64,000 nt of DNA from Planctomycetota bacterium (lineage in GTDB: Bacteria; Planctomycetota; SZUA-567; H5-PLA8), in NCBI GenBank assembly GCA_038227875.1, contig JBBRPR010000008.1, forward strand, positions 32,001 through 96,000. Direction: 5' to 3'. Below are positions 19,029 to 29,231 of this stretch, piece by piece. The notes under the pieces were generated by a model that had not been told where the DNA came from, made no database searches, and saw nothing but the letters and a program-made list of their open reading frames with translations. Within the stretch, counting starts at the first letter, position 1. The number at the start of each line of letters is the position of its first letter. The translations under genes and the position numbers were made by a program.

Positions 19029-22000
19029 ATGTCGGAAGGCATGGACAAACAGTCGGATAGTTCTGTGGCCATGCCTCCCGCGCCGCCGGCTTCGGCACGC
19101 GACTCCGATGATTCGTCAGCTCCACCTCCAGCTTCTTCCAACTTGCCCGCCAACGGTTCAGGTCCGCGCGCGAATGTCAGTGGCGGACAACGGACAGTAC
19201 TGAAAGAACTCGGCGGATTTGAGCTGATCGAAAAAGTCGGGCAGGGCGGGATGGGCACGGTCTTCAAGGCGCGCCAGAAATCGCTCGACCGCGTCGTCGC
19301 GTTGAAAGTGCTGCCGACGTCGTTCTCGAAGAACAAGAAATTCATCGACCGCTTTCAGAGCGAAGCGCGCGCATCGGCGAAACTGAGCCATCCGAATATT
19401 GTACAGGGCATTGACGTCGGCTGCGATGCGGCGACGTCGGTCTGGTACTTCGCGATGGAGTTCGTTGACGGGCCGACGCTGCGGCAGGTGTTGAAAGAGC
19501 AGCGCGTGATTCCCGAGCAACGCGCGTTGAAGACGGTGCAGGACGTGGCGCGCGCGCTGGACTGCATCGCGCGGGCTGGAATGGTGCACCGCGACATCAA
19601 GCCTGAAAATATTCTGCTTACGAAAAGCGGCGTGGTGAAACTGGCCGACCTGGGCCTGGCGACGGAAGTGAACGTCGAAGACCCGCTGACGCCTCAGGCC
19701 AACCAGACCGTGGGCACGCCTCACTACATGGCGCCGGAACAGGTGCGGGGGCAGCGCGACAAGGTCGACATCCGCAGCGACATCTACGCGCTGGGCGCGA
19801 CGTTGTTTCACCTGGTGACCGGGCAGCGGCCATTTACGGGAAATTCCGCGGCGGAACTGATGGCCAAGCATCTCAACGAGATGCCGCCGAAGGCCAGCGA
19901 CATCAATAAAGAAGTGAGCCAGGCGTGCTCGAAGTTGATCCTGAAGATGATGGCCAAGGAGATCGACAAGCGGGTGCAGACGCCACAGGCGTTGTTGGAA
20001 GAAATTGAGCGCATCGTCAATCCTGCTGCATCGAAGACGGGGCCTTATGGCGCAGTCACGACCGGTCCGCGGGCGGCGGTCGGTACCGGTCCGCGCGGCA
20101 ATGTGACAACAGGCCCGCGTTCCGTGGTGCGCGGCACCACCGGTCCGCGCGACGCAGTGGAAGGAATGGAACGGCTGCGGCCAGTAGAGGCGCGGCAACG
20201 CAGCAATCAAATGCTGTATGGAATCATCTCGCTGGCATTGGTCGTAGCAGGCGCAGTGGCGTTGGCTTTCCGTTCGAGCACTCCATCGAATGCGAATCCG
20301 ACGACTCCGGGAAAGGTGGCGGTGATCAACCCGGTTCCCGCCGCGCCTGTTGTTGCGGAAGCGCCCGTCACTCCTGTGGCGCCGGCTAAGACGGAGCCTG
20401 AAAAGCCGGCGGACAAAATTGAGATCGAGAAACCCGCGGCCGCATTGGCAAAGCCAGTTGAGCCTGCTCCCGTAGTTCCGCCGGCGAAGGTGACAGAGGT
20501 CAAGGAACCGGTGAAGCCGGTCGAACCAGCGAAGGTTGTAGTCGAGCCGGCGAAAGTGGTTCCGGAGCCAGCGACACCCGTTCCGCCTGTTCCCGAACCG
20601 GCGAAGGTTGAGGTCAATCCGGCGGCGCGCGCGGCGTACGCGAAGGTGTTCGATGAATATCTTGCGGCACTGAGCCAGGGAAACCGGAAAGCGGCGGCCG
20701 ACCATCTCGACAAGGCCGAGAAGATGGACGCGCTGAAAGCGCTGCGCGGCGATCTGTTGGAATGCCGTGCGGAGCTGGCGGAGTTTACAGAACTGGATCG
20801 GGCGGTCGAAGCTGGGGCGATGAAGATCGATGTGAAGGCGGGTTACGAGCTGCGCGGACAGAGCGGCGCACCGTGGCAGGTCGGCGGGGCCAGCGGCTTT
20901 GCGGTGCTCAGCGCCAAAGACGGTACGATCATCCTGGGCAACAAGGATGTGAATCTGCCCGTGCCGGTCGCGAAGCTGCATCCGTCAACCTATCGGCGGC
21001 TGGCGGAACTGGGAATGGGCGAGTCGCCGGAAGCGCAGGCGAAACTGACGCTTCCGATCATCCTGGATGTTCATGGCGGGCGCGAGACCGAGGCTGTCGC
21101 GCGTGCTGCGATTGAAAAGGCGCGAGCGGGTGGGGCGTCGGAGTCGAAAATGCGCTTCCTTACGTCGGCGCTCGATGAAATTACCAAGGATGGCCGCGAA
21201 GCCAGCGCGCAGACCGCATTCGACGAGTTGACGAAACTCGCCGCCGCCAAGCAGTGGACGCCACTGAAGACGGCGCTCGATGCGTTTCAAAAGCAACATG
21301 GTTCCACGGATCTGGCAACGAAGAAGGCCGCGGAGATCGCAGCGCTGCAGCAAAAAGCGTTGAGTGCCGAGATGATCATGAAGGGCCTGATGGTCTGGCT
21401 GAAGGCCGACGCGGGCGTGACGCTGCAGGAAGGCAAAGTGAGCGCCTGGCGCGACCTCTCTGGACATAACTGGAACGCGATTCAACCGAATCCGGCTGAA
21501 CGGCCGACGGTGGTGGCCAACGCGCTGCAAGGCGCGCCGGCGATTCACTTCGACGGCATTTCAAGCGTGCTCTTGATCCATCAAATCACCGGGCCGATGA
21601 AGAGCTTCACGGTGTCGTTCACGCTGCGGCCGCTGGGACAGAAGAATTTCAATCAGTATATTGGATCGGGTTGGGGGCGTTTTTGCTTCCATTCGACGGG
21701 CGACGGCGGAATCTTCATCGGCACTAGTGTACAGTCGCGAATCAGCCCCAACGAAGGTCCCAAGCCAGGCACACTGGTGAAGGATACCTGGACCCAGATC
21801 ACGTACGTTTGCGATCAGGGTAAGGGAATGCTGTACAAGAATGGCAAAGAGATCGCGACGAAGAATATGGCTCCGTCGGTATTCAATGGGTTCAATCTTG
21901 GGTCGCCCGATGCCGGTACCATCAATGGTGATATGTCGGAGTTCTGTTTCTACGACCGCGCGCTTGCCGACGCGGAAATTCAGGTCCTGGAAAAGCTGAT

Positions 22001-22088
22001 GATGCGGGACGAGGCCGTGCACACATCCACGCCGCCGCCACCTCCAGCCCCGCCGCGTCCGCCACCACCGCCTCGACCCAAAAAATAA
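19029..22088 (+). CDS. Hanks-type Ser/Thr protein kinase with TM helix, Pro-rich linker and C-terminal LamG-like domain
   Basis: GQGGMGTV, VALK, HPNIV, HRDIKPEN, DLGLA, GTPHYMAPE; C-terminal GLMVWLKAD..VSAWRDLSG..YDRAL. Confidence 0.93.
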   Translation: MSEGMDKQSDSSVAMPPAPPASARDSDDSSAPPPASSNLPANGSGPRANVSGGQRTVLKELGGFELIEKVGQGGMGTVFKARQKSLDRVVALKVLPTSFSKNKKFIDRFQSEARASAKLSHPNIVQGIDVGCDAATSVWYFAMEFVDGPTLRQVLKEQRVIPEQRALKTVQDVARALDCIARAGMVHRDIKPENILLTKSGVVKLADLGLATEVNVEDPLTPQANQTVGTPHYMAPEQVRGQRDKVDIRSDIYALGATLFHLVTGQRPFTGNSAAELMAKHLNEMPPKASDINKEVSQACSKLILKMMAKEIDKRVQTPQALLEEIERIVNPAASKTGPYGAVTTGPRAAVGTGPRGNVTTGPRSVVRGTTGPRDAVEGMERLRPVEARQRSNQMLYGIISLALVVAGAVALAFRSSTPSNANPTTPGKVAVINPVPAAPVVAEAPVTPVAPAKTEPEKPADKIEIEKPAAALAKPVEPAPVVPPAKVTEVKEPVKPVEPAKVVVEPAKVVPEPATPVPPVPEPAKVEVNPAARAAYAKVFDEYLAALSQGNRKAAADHLDKAEKMDALKALRGDLLECRAELAEFTELDRAVEAGAMKIDVKAGYELRGQSGAPWQVGGASGFAVLSAKDGTIILGNKDVNLPVPVAKLHPSTYRRLAELGMGESPEAQAKLTLPIILDVHGGRETEAVARAAIEKARAGGASESKMRFLTSALDEITKDGREASAQTAFDELTKLAAAKQWTPLKTALDAFQKQHGSTDLATKKAAEIAALQQKALSAEMIMKGLMVWLKADAGVTLQEGKVSAWRDLSGHNWNAIQPNPAERPTVVANALQGAPAIHFDGISSVLLIHQITGPMKSFTVSFTLRPLGQKNFNQYIGSGWGRFCFHSTGDGGIFIGTSVQSRISPNEGPKPGTLVKDTWTQITYVCDQGKGMLYKNGKEIATKNMAPSVFNGFNLGSPDAGTINGDMSEFCFYDRALADAEIQVLEKLMMRDEAVHTSTPPPPPAPPRPPPPPRPKK

Positions 22089-22125
22089 CCACGAATGATG
22101 AATCCGGTGCTCCGGATTCGAGTCG

Positions 22126-22656
22126 TCAATTCTTCTCTGACGCGTTCAGTTTTGCCTGAGCCAGTGCGGCGGCTTTTGATTTCGGGTACCAGCGCAGCAC
22201 GGCTTTGAACGTTCGCTCCGCATTGCTGTAACCGTCGGTTTCGACGCTGGCAAGTTTGGCATAGCAGACACCGGCTTCGAACAGGGCGGTGGCAGCGCGT
22301 TCGTCGTCAGCGACGAGGTAGGTCATGGCGTTCAGATACGCCCAGCGCGCGTCGGCGTAAGCCGTGTTGGCCCAGAGCGTCCGGCCTTTGGCTTCCTGTT
22401 GGGCGGCCTCGGTGGCGCAGATCTTACCCAGCGCGGCGTAGGCGCCACCGGCGAGCGTCTGGTCGGAAAGGCGACCGGAGTTGGCATGATGATCGATCAA
22501 ATCTGTGGCGACTGACTTGGCGCTGACCCAGTCGTCGGCGGCCATGAGTTTGTGGACGCGGTCGAGGTCGTTGTTTTTCGAGTCGACTTTCTCCGCGGCC
22601 ATGAGTCCGCCGCAAGAAAGTGTGGCCAGTAAAGTGGCATTCGCGATACGCAGCAT
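22126..22656 (-). CDS. secreted TPR-like helical protein
   Basis: Signal-like N-terminus, ALFEAGVCYAKL..YPKSKAAALAQ. Confidence 0.65.
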   Translation of the reverse strand: MLRIANATLLATLSCGGLMAAEKVDSKNNDLDRVHKLMAADDWVSAKSVATDLIDHHANSGRLSDQTLAGGAYAALGKICATEAAQQEAKGRTLWANTAYADARWAYLNAMTYLVADDERAATALFEAGVCYAKLASVETDGYSNAERTFKAVLRWYPKSKAAALAQAKLNASEKN

Positions 22657-22890
22657 GGTATAGTTCCTCCATCGATGGTCCGTCAGAAGTGATACGGATG
22701 CGAACCATCGAACTTGCTTAAAAATCAAATTGCGCAGGTGCAACAAGGTGGAGCCGTCACCTTTATATGCGCGTCAGAAAGACGTGGTCAGTATGGGACA
22801 TGACCGAAAATCGACGGAGAATGTCGGTTGAGGCGACGCACGGCCGTAGCGCTTCATAGGTATAGGTACCGGTCGGATATCAGAACGGCA

Positions 22891-22905
22891 TGGCATGTAC
22901 TTTGC
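22891..22905 (+). promoter_or_regulatory. sigma-54 (-24/-12) promoter
   Basis: TGGCAT-GTACT-TTGC, 45 bp upstream of ATG 22951. Confidence 0.65.
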
Positions 22906-22950
22906 CGATACTTCAGTGTGAGGGAAGTTACCCCTTTTGAGGTGCCTATC

Positions 22951-23679
22951 ATGAATCGCTCGACTTCACTAATCATGACACTAATGACGCTGAGTTTTTG
23001 TGTGACTTCGGCGCGCGCCGCCGAACTGTTTGATACGTCTGTTGAGGGTCCGACTCCCGCACCTGCCAAAACTGTCGCGCACAGCGAGGCTGGGGGAGTG
23101 GACAAGCAGTCTGTATTTCTGATGTGTCCGAAGCAGAAGGGCTACAGCGCCTGGTCGCTGTACCTCAATGTGGATCGCAACAATCCTGAGAAGGTGTTGA
23201 GTCTGGGATTGGAAGAGCTGCAGGGTAAGAACGCTCAGGACATGACGTACGATGCCGTGGTCGCGGCTCAGAGTGACGCGAAGACCAAGCGCAAGAATCT
23301 GGGCACGCTGGACGCCGCGAAGTTTGGCTCAGGCACGATCAACGTGACCGACTCCGACGCACTGCACGTTTCGGTGGCTCCGGCGGGGAAGGACGCGCTG
23401 CGTTTGAATCTAAGCATGCGCGTGAGCTTCGACGGCCGCTTTACGGTCGGCGGAAAAGAGCAGAGCAGCAAGGACATTCTGTTCAAGTACGACGCCGCGA
23501 AGAAATCGTGGAGCGCGGTGGCCGATCACCTGAAAGACATGACCAGCGGAGTTGACGCGGCCAGCGGCGGAAATCTGGCGCTGACGGGGATCGTGTTCCC
23601 AGTTACTGGTACGGGTATCTACCGCGTGGTGGCGGCCACGCCGGATGGTGATGGCGTGGTGGTGATGGATCGGGAATAG
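22951..23679 (+). CDS. secreted hypothetical protein
   Basis: GAGGT SD, signal peptide ending SARA. Confidence 0.75.
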   Translation: MNRSTSLIMTLMTLSFCVTSARAAELFDTSVEGPTPAPAKTVAHSEAGGVDKQSVFLMCPKQKGYSAWSLYLNVDRNNPEKVLSLGLEELQGKNAQDMTYDAVVAAQSDAKTKRKNLGTLDAAKFGSGTINVTDSDALHVSVAPAGKDALRLNLSMRVSFDGRFTVGGKEQSSKDILFKYDAAKKSWSAVADHLKDMTSGVDAASGGNLALTGIVFPVTGTGIYRVVAATPDGDGVVVMDRE

Positions 23680-23686
23680 CTATCTT

Positions 23687-24678
23687 TTATTTCATGTGCG
23701 CCCAAATCAGGGCGCACATGACGGTCGTCTCCAATAAGAAAATTCCAAGCGCCGCACTTAATCCCCACAGCCGTTCCTTTTTCGCCAGGCGCGGACTGCG
23801 CTGATGCAGCTGGCTGCGCTCATCACATAAAAACTTATTCGCGCGATGGAGACTAGTGGAGCTGGCGCTTCTGTTTGAGTGATCACGGATGTGACGTTGG
23901 GCAGGCATACGAATGTGATTGCCAATGCTGTCCACATCACGGTGTCTTTGCCGTGGGACTGGAGAATGCCCGTGCTGCGAGAAATTTGTTCGGCGTCCTG
24001 CGCACGCTGGAGTGCAGCCACGCGTTCGGCGAAGAGAAAGAACACGCCGGGGCCGAAGGCAAATGTCATGACGACAAATCCTGTAGCTATTCCCAGAAAT
24101 GTGCCGAATCCAGCGCAACAATCTGTGCGTTGTCGGACGTAAATATGAGACGGCACAGCCACCAGCAGTTCTGCAATGCTTCCTGCAAGGAGATAGGTTC
24201 GGATACGGCGCAGATACCCGTATTCGTCGGACTTTCGTGATGTCAGCCAGAAAAATAAGCCCCAAAAGAGCCAACCCAGCAGCCCCGCGCCCACAGCCCA
24301 CCAGAATGCGGGAATCACTATTGCGTCTTTAAAGAAGTCCGTCGTTCGCACCTCTGAAATCGAAAAACTCAGCGTAGCGAGCAACAAGCCGAACATCAGG
24401 CCAGAGGTCACGGCCAGCAATGCCCAGCTGCGCCGCTTGACAGGCCGCTGCCGGGAAACGGCCACTGGGAAGAAAAGTGCGAACCCTTCAATGAGGCTCA
24501 GCACACTAATGATGATCCAGTACTCCCATGATCTGAAAATTTCGATATCAATGTCTTGGGAAAGATCTTTGGAAAGACATGCCAGCAAGAGCGGGAAAGT
24601 AAGTGCCACCAGCGTCGCGGCGTAGAGCCCCACCGTGAGCAGCGCCCAACGGCCCGGTTTCCAATTCTTGGGATTCAT
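23687..24678 (-). CDS. integral membrane hypothetical protein; apparent -1 frameshift in an A5 run near 23780 removes the last TM helix
   Basis: LLAGSIAELLVAVPSHI.VR.R.DCCA..GT..GI..G motif; adding one A gives ..WRKKERLWGLSAALGIFLLETTVMCALIWAHMK*. Confidence 0.7.
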
Positions 24679-24727
24679 CAGCCGGTCAGCGTAGAAGCGC
24701 GCGCGAATTAACGCAAGCAGATGAGAA

Positions 24728-26053
24728 TTACTGCGGCGGCAACGGAACTTTGCACGACCCGGGTTTCAAGGTCAGGCGCGGGCGGTAATCGTCGTCGGCG
24801 ACGTCGGGCGCGAGCTTCAGCGTCGAGACACCGTTCTGCGCGGCGTGAGCGGCCTCGACGGAATAATCCTGCGTGCGGATGCCGTGCGACGGGTGGAGTG
24901 CTTCGACGTCCGGCGCGTTGCGGTGTGAATGAATGGGTTCAGGCTCCGCGTACTGGGGCTCGGGTTCGCTTTCGTTTACTTCGGCCGCGGCGGACTGAGC
25001 GGGCGGGGGAGTGGGTGCAGGTTCCGGGGCTTTCGGTGCTTCGGGCGGATGCTGGACCAGCGCGCTCACCGGCGCGGAGTGCTCGGAGGGCGTCGCGGGA
25101 ATGTGTTCCTGCTGCGCGGAATCTCCAACGTTGCCGTTGCGGTGTTTTGCTTCGGATGCGGTTTCCGCTTTCGTTGGCGCGAACGCCGGCGCGATCAGAT
25201 CCGGCGTGAACGTGCGAGCCTTGTCACCGGAGGCTTCTTCGCGCGCGGTAATGCGTTCGGCGCAGACACTGGCCAGACAGCCGCTTTCCATTTCGAGCAC
25301 TTCCGAACCGAGCGCCTGGTACGCCTTCGACGCGTGGCAACTCGGGTCGTAGAAAACGACCGGCACGCCGTCCTTCTGGCTTTCGGCGACCTTGATGTTC
25401 TGTTTGATCGTCGTGGTGAAAATGTGCTCGCGCAGGCGGTCGTCGCGGCGCAGCGTATCGAGCGTGACTTTGGAGACGTTGGTGCGGCCGTCGAACATCG
25501 TCACCAGCACGCCCGTGACGCGCAGTTCAGGGTTCATCGCTTCGCGGATCATGCCGACGACTTCGAAGAGCTTGCCGAGACCTTCGAGCGCGAACGGATG
25601 GGCCTGTAGCGGGACGAGCACTTCCGTGGCCGCGGCCATGGCGTTGACCGTCAGCAGCGAGAGGCTGGGCAGGCAGTCGATCAGGATGTAATCGTAGTTG
25701 TTCTTGCAGTTGGCCAGCGCCTTGGTCAGGCGCGTTTCGCGGCCGATCATCGTGACCATCTCGATTTCCGCGCCGGAGAGGTCGATGTGGCTCGGCACAA
25801 GATGCAGATTTTCCCACTGCGTTTTGACGATGTACTTGGTCGCGTCGGCTTTCGGGTCGGTGAGCAGCTCGTAGACCGATTCGCTCAGGTCCGCGGCGCG
25901 CCGGCCGAGGCCCAGCGTCAGGTTGGCCTGCGGGTCGAGATCGATGACGAGAACGCGCTTGCCCCGCTGGGCGAGCACGGCGCCGAGGTTAAGGGTGGTC
26001 GTCGTCTTACCGACGCCGCCCTTCTGATTCATGATCGCAATGGCGCGAGGCAT
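24728..26053 (-). CDS. ParA/Soj family ATPase with long low-complexity C-terminal tail
   Basis: NQKGGVGKTTT, IDLDPQAN, YILIDCLPSL. Confidence 0.92.
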   Translation of the reverse strand: MPRAIAIMNQKGGVGKTTTTLNLGAVLAQRGKRVLVIDLDPQANLTLGLGRRAADLSESVYELLTDPKADATKYIVKTQWENLHLVPSHIDLSGAEIEMVTMIGRETRLTKALANCKNNYDYILIDCLPSLSLLTVNAMAAATEVLVPLQAHPFALEGLGKLFEVVGMIREAMNPELRVTGVLVTMFDGRTNVSKVTLDTLRRDDRLREHIFTTTIKQNIKVAESQKDGVPVVFYDPSCHASKAYQALGSEVLEMESGCLASVCAERITAREEASGDKARTFTPDLIAPAFAPTKAETASEAKHRNGNVGDSAQQEHIPATPSEHSAPVSALVQHPPEAPKAPEPAPTPPPAQSAAAEVNESEPEPQYAEPEPIHSHRNAPDVEALHPSHGIRTQDYSVEAAHAAQNGVSTLKLAPDVADDDYRPRLTLKPGSCKVPLPPQ

Positions 26054-26218
26054 GTGCGGTCGTTCAATCTCCAGAGTTCAATTCATGCGACGTAAGGTTA
26101 TTGCGGAAAGCGGTGAAAAGGAAAATCAAATTTGAGGAATCGTGGGGCTCAATAGGTCTGACTTGATTTGGATTCTCGCTGGCGCTAAAAACTTTCCCAC
26201 AAACCCGGAGATCACTTC

Positions 26219-27682
26219 GTGTCGCAGAAAGCATTCACGTACAAAACGACCGACCAATTGCTGGCCGGCGCGAAGGAACTGCACGTCGAGGACGTGGTCG
26301 GGGTCGAGAACGATCTCTCGGGGCTGCTCCAACCGATCCAGATCGGCGGCCGCACGGTCGGCAACCGGCTGGCCATCCATCCCATGGAAGGCTGCGACGG
26401 CGAACTGAACGGCAACCCCGGGGAGCTGACATACCGCCGTTGGGAGCGCTTTGGCCAGGGCGGCTGCAAGCTGATCTGGGGCGAAGCGGTGGCGATTCTC
26501 GATGAAGCGCGCGCGAATTCGCGGCAGCTGTGGATTCACGACGGCTCGCTTCCGGAAATGTCGAAGCTGCTCGAAAAGCTGCGCGAGAAGCACCGCGAAA
26601 ACTGGGGCGCCAACGGCTGCTCGGATCTGCTCGTGGGCTGCCAGCTGACGCATTCCGGCCGCTACAGCTACCGCAAGCCGCTGATCGCCATGCACGATCC
26701 GTCGCTGGACCCGGCGACGCTGGTGCCGCAGGGCGATGGGAAAGTGCCGATGGGCCCGGACTATCCCGTGCTCACCGACGACGATCTAAAGCGCGTGGAA
26801 GACGCCTTCATCGTCGCGGCGAAACTGGCGGTGAAAGCCGGCTTCGATTTTCTCGACATCAAACAGTGCCACCGCTACCTGCTCTGCGAACTGCTCGGCG
26901 CGCACACGCGGCCGGGGCCGTACGGTGGTTCGCTCGAAAACCGCACGCGCCTGGTCCGCAACGTGATCGCACGCATCCGCAGCGAAGTGAGCAAGGACAT
27001 TATGCTCGCCACGCGCCTGAATATGTGCGACTACGTGCCGTACATGAAAGGCCCCGACGGCTACGGCAAACCGCGCCCTTACACCACGCCGTACCAGTGG
27101 TCGTTTGGCGTGAACAAGGACCAGCCGGAGACGGAGGATCTGACCGAACCCAAGCAGGTCGTCAAGATGTTGGTGGACGCAGGCCTGTCGCTATTCAATC
27201 TGTCGCTGGGCAATCCGTACAACAATCCGCACTTCGGCCGGCCGTTCGAGATCGCTCCACTGGATGGTTATCATTCGCCGGAACATCCGCTGCTGGGTGT
27301 CGCGCGTCATTTCCGCCTCGCGGCCGAGATGCAGAAAGCATTCCCGGACGTGCCATTCGTCGGCACGGGCTATTCGTGGCTGCAGCACCATTTCCTGACC
27401 TGCGGCGCGGCGAACGTGAAGGCCGGACGGATTACGCTGGTCGGCGTCGGTCGCGGCGCGTTTGCGTACCCGGATTTTGTGAAGGACATCAAAGAGAAGG
27501 GCAAGATCGACGACGCGAAAGTCTGCATCGCGATTTCCAGTTGCACGGCGCTGATGCGCGCGAAAGGCAACGAGCTGGGTCAGTTTCCGAGCGGGTGCGT
27601 GCCGAAGGACAAGTTTTACGGACCGATTTACCGCGAGGCGATCAATGCGTTCAAGGCGGGGAACAAGCCGAAGGGCAAGTAG
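26219..27682 (+). CDS. NADH:flavin oxidoreductase (Old Yellow Enzyme family)
   Basis: NRLAIHPMEG, QLTHSGR, AGFD.LDIK.CH.YL, YGGSLENRTR. Confidence 0.9.
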   Translation: MSQKAFTYKTTDQLLAGAKELHVEDVVGVENDLSGLLQPIQIGGRTVGNRLAIHPMEGCDGELNGNPGELTYRRWERFGQGGCKLIWGEAVAILDEARANSRQLWIHDGSLPEMSKLLEKLREKHRENWGANGCSDLLVGCQLTHSGRYSYRKPLIAMHDPSLDPATLVPQGDGKVPMGPDYPVLTDDDLKRVEDAFIVAAKLAVKAGFDFLDIKQCHRYLLCELLGAHTRPGPYGGSLENRTRLVRNVIARIRSEVSKDIMLATRLNMCDYVPYMKGPDGYGKPRPYTTPYQWSFGVNKDQPETEDLTEPKQVVKMLVDAGLSLFNLSLGNPYNNPHFGRPFEIAPLDGYHSPEHPLLGVARHFRLAAEMQKAFPDVPFVGTGYSWLQHHFLTCGAANVKAGRITLVGVGRGAFAYPDFVKDIKEKGKIDDAKVCIAISSCTALMRAKGNELGQFPSGCVPKDKFYGPIYREAINAFKAGNKPKGK

Positions 27683-27721
27683 GCGGAAGGCAGCGGCAGC
27701 AGGCAGTCACGCGTGAGCTAC

Positions 27722-27753
27722 AAAAAACTCGCCGCATTTAGCGGCGAGTTTTT
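27722..27753. terminator. bidirectional terminator between convergent genes
   Basis: aaaaaactcgccgc-attta-gcggcgagttttt. Confidence 0.85.
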
Positions 27754-27765
27754 CTTCGATATTCG

Positions 27766-29040
27766 TCAGTACGTCTTGAACCTCACCTTCGGCTCATTTC
27801 CATACTCAATCACGACGTCGCGGCCTCCATTCGTAATGGAGAGGCGGCCGGCTTCGATGACGAGTTCGTTGTAGGCGCTGTTGCGTGGCGTGGCGATGAT
27901 GCCTTCGCGGTCGATTTCATCGAGAAGTTCGCGGCGCTTGAGGAGCGCGTCCTTGGCGCTGAGAAGTTCGCTCTGACGGTTGATGCGGTTGACCGCTTTG
28001 ACCAGGAATTCGATCGAGCGGTAACCGTAGCCGACGGGTTCCAAACCTTTTCCACCGCGGTTGACGAGTTGGAAGTAATCCGGATTGGTTTCCATGAAAG
28101 CGGTGTCTCCGGGGCTGCCGCCCTTCTTGAGCACGGCATGCTTGACGCCGCGGAACTGATCGGAATGCGAGATCAGGCCGGCCGCCTCGCTATTCTGCGT
28201 GTGCAGGACCATGCCCTGCGTGTTTCCGCCGGGGCCCTCGTCGGGGTAGCCGAAGCCGTTGAGAACGCTCAAGACGCCGCCGTTCTCCCAGACCACGCGC
28301 GCGTCGGTCCAGAGGTAACCGAGCTTGCCATTCGGCCACGGCTGTGGCTTTGAATAAACGGAAACCTGGACGGGCTTGAGTCCTGTGATGAAGGCGACGA
28401 GGTCGACGTAGTGGCAGCCGATGTAGGTAAACGCATCGGAGTTCTCGCAGGTACACCAGTTCTGGAAATTGGAGAAATGGTAGTACCACTTTTCGATCAG
28501 GTGGGCCTGGCCGGCTTTGAATTCGCCGAACTCGCCATTGCGGTAGCGGCCGCGGGCGATTAGGGCGCGGTCGTCGAAGCGTTTATGGTATTCGACGCCG
28601 ACGAACAGCCCCTTCTCGCGGGCGAGGTATTCGAGTTCGATCCCTTCCTTATACGTGAGCACGTACGGCTTGACGGTGATCACATGCTGATCGCAGTTCA
28701 GCGCTTCCTTGATCGCATCGTAGTGCATCTGGTCGGGCGTTGCGATCATCACGCATTGGCGCGGCGGCAGGGACTTTAGCACCTTCTTATAGAGATCGGG
28801 GTAGGACTTCCCGGCATCGGCGGAACGGTAATCGGGATACGGCGTGAACGTCTGCCCCGGAAATGCTCTCGCCAGCGTCGCGTCCTCGGCGAGCGTTTTT
28901 AACGAGCTGCACCGCGTGCCGGTGACGGAGATGTCGCCGACGAGTGCCTGCCGCTGCAGGTGGTAAAGCGAGGTGAGAAGCTGAAGCTGCGTGATCATGC
29001 CTGGACCAATGACCGCCACCTGCAGCGCATTTGAGCTCAT
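27766..29040 (-). CDS. Gfo/Idh/MocA family oxidoreductase
   Basis: VAVIGPG, IATPDQMH, HVITVKP, EYHKRFD, GCHYVD. Confidence 0.88.
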   Translation of the reverse strand: MSSNALQVAVIGPGMITQLQLLTSLYHLQRQALVGDISVTGTRCSSLKTLAEDATLARAFPGQTFTPYPDYRSADAGKSYPDLYKKVLKSLPPRQCVMIATPDQMHYDAIKEALNCDQHVITVKPYVLTYKEGIELEYLAREKGLFVGVEYHKRFDDRALIARGRYRNGEFGEFKAGQAHLIEKWYYHFSNFQNWCTCENSDAFTYIGCHYVDLVAFITGLKPVQVSVYSKPQPWPNGKLGYLWTDARVVWENGGVLSVLNGFGYPDEGPGGNTQGMVLHTQNSEAAGLISHSDQFRGVKHAVLKKGGSPGDTAFMETNPDYFQLVNRGGKGLEPVGYGYRSIEFLVKAVNRINRQSELLSAKDALLKRRELLDEIDREGIIATPRNSAYNELVIEAGRLSITNGGRDVVIEYGNEPKVRFKTY

Positions 29041-29231
29041 GAACGTCTCCGTGAAGGGTGCCTTATTATGTCCTACATTATATCGAAGGCTTTAAATGTC
29101 AACAGGGACTAAGTGTATCGCGGCTCAGCAATTCTTCTTTGCGGCTTTGCGTCTTCTGGGGTGTCCTCTAAATTATGGGAATAAGCGCGTCGCAAGCGCA
29201 GTCCTTCTTACGCAACACTCGGGAAACCTAC

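Noticed and set aside
19158..20981. 607-aa antisense ORF and similar long antisense ORFs (e.g. 10899-12074, 26530-27741, 41062-42318, 47612-48910)
   Set aside because: Typical high-GC shadow ORFs overlapping well-supported genes, with no motifs
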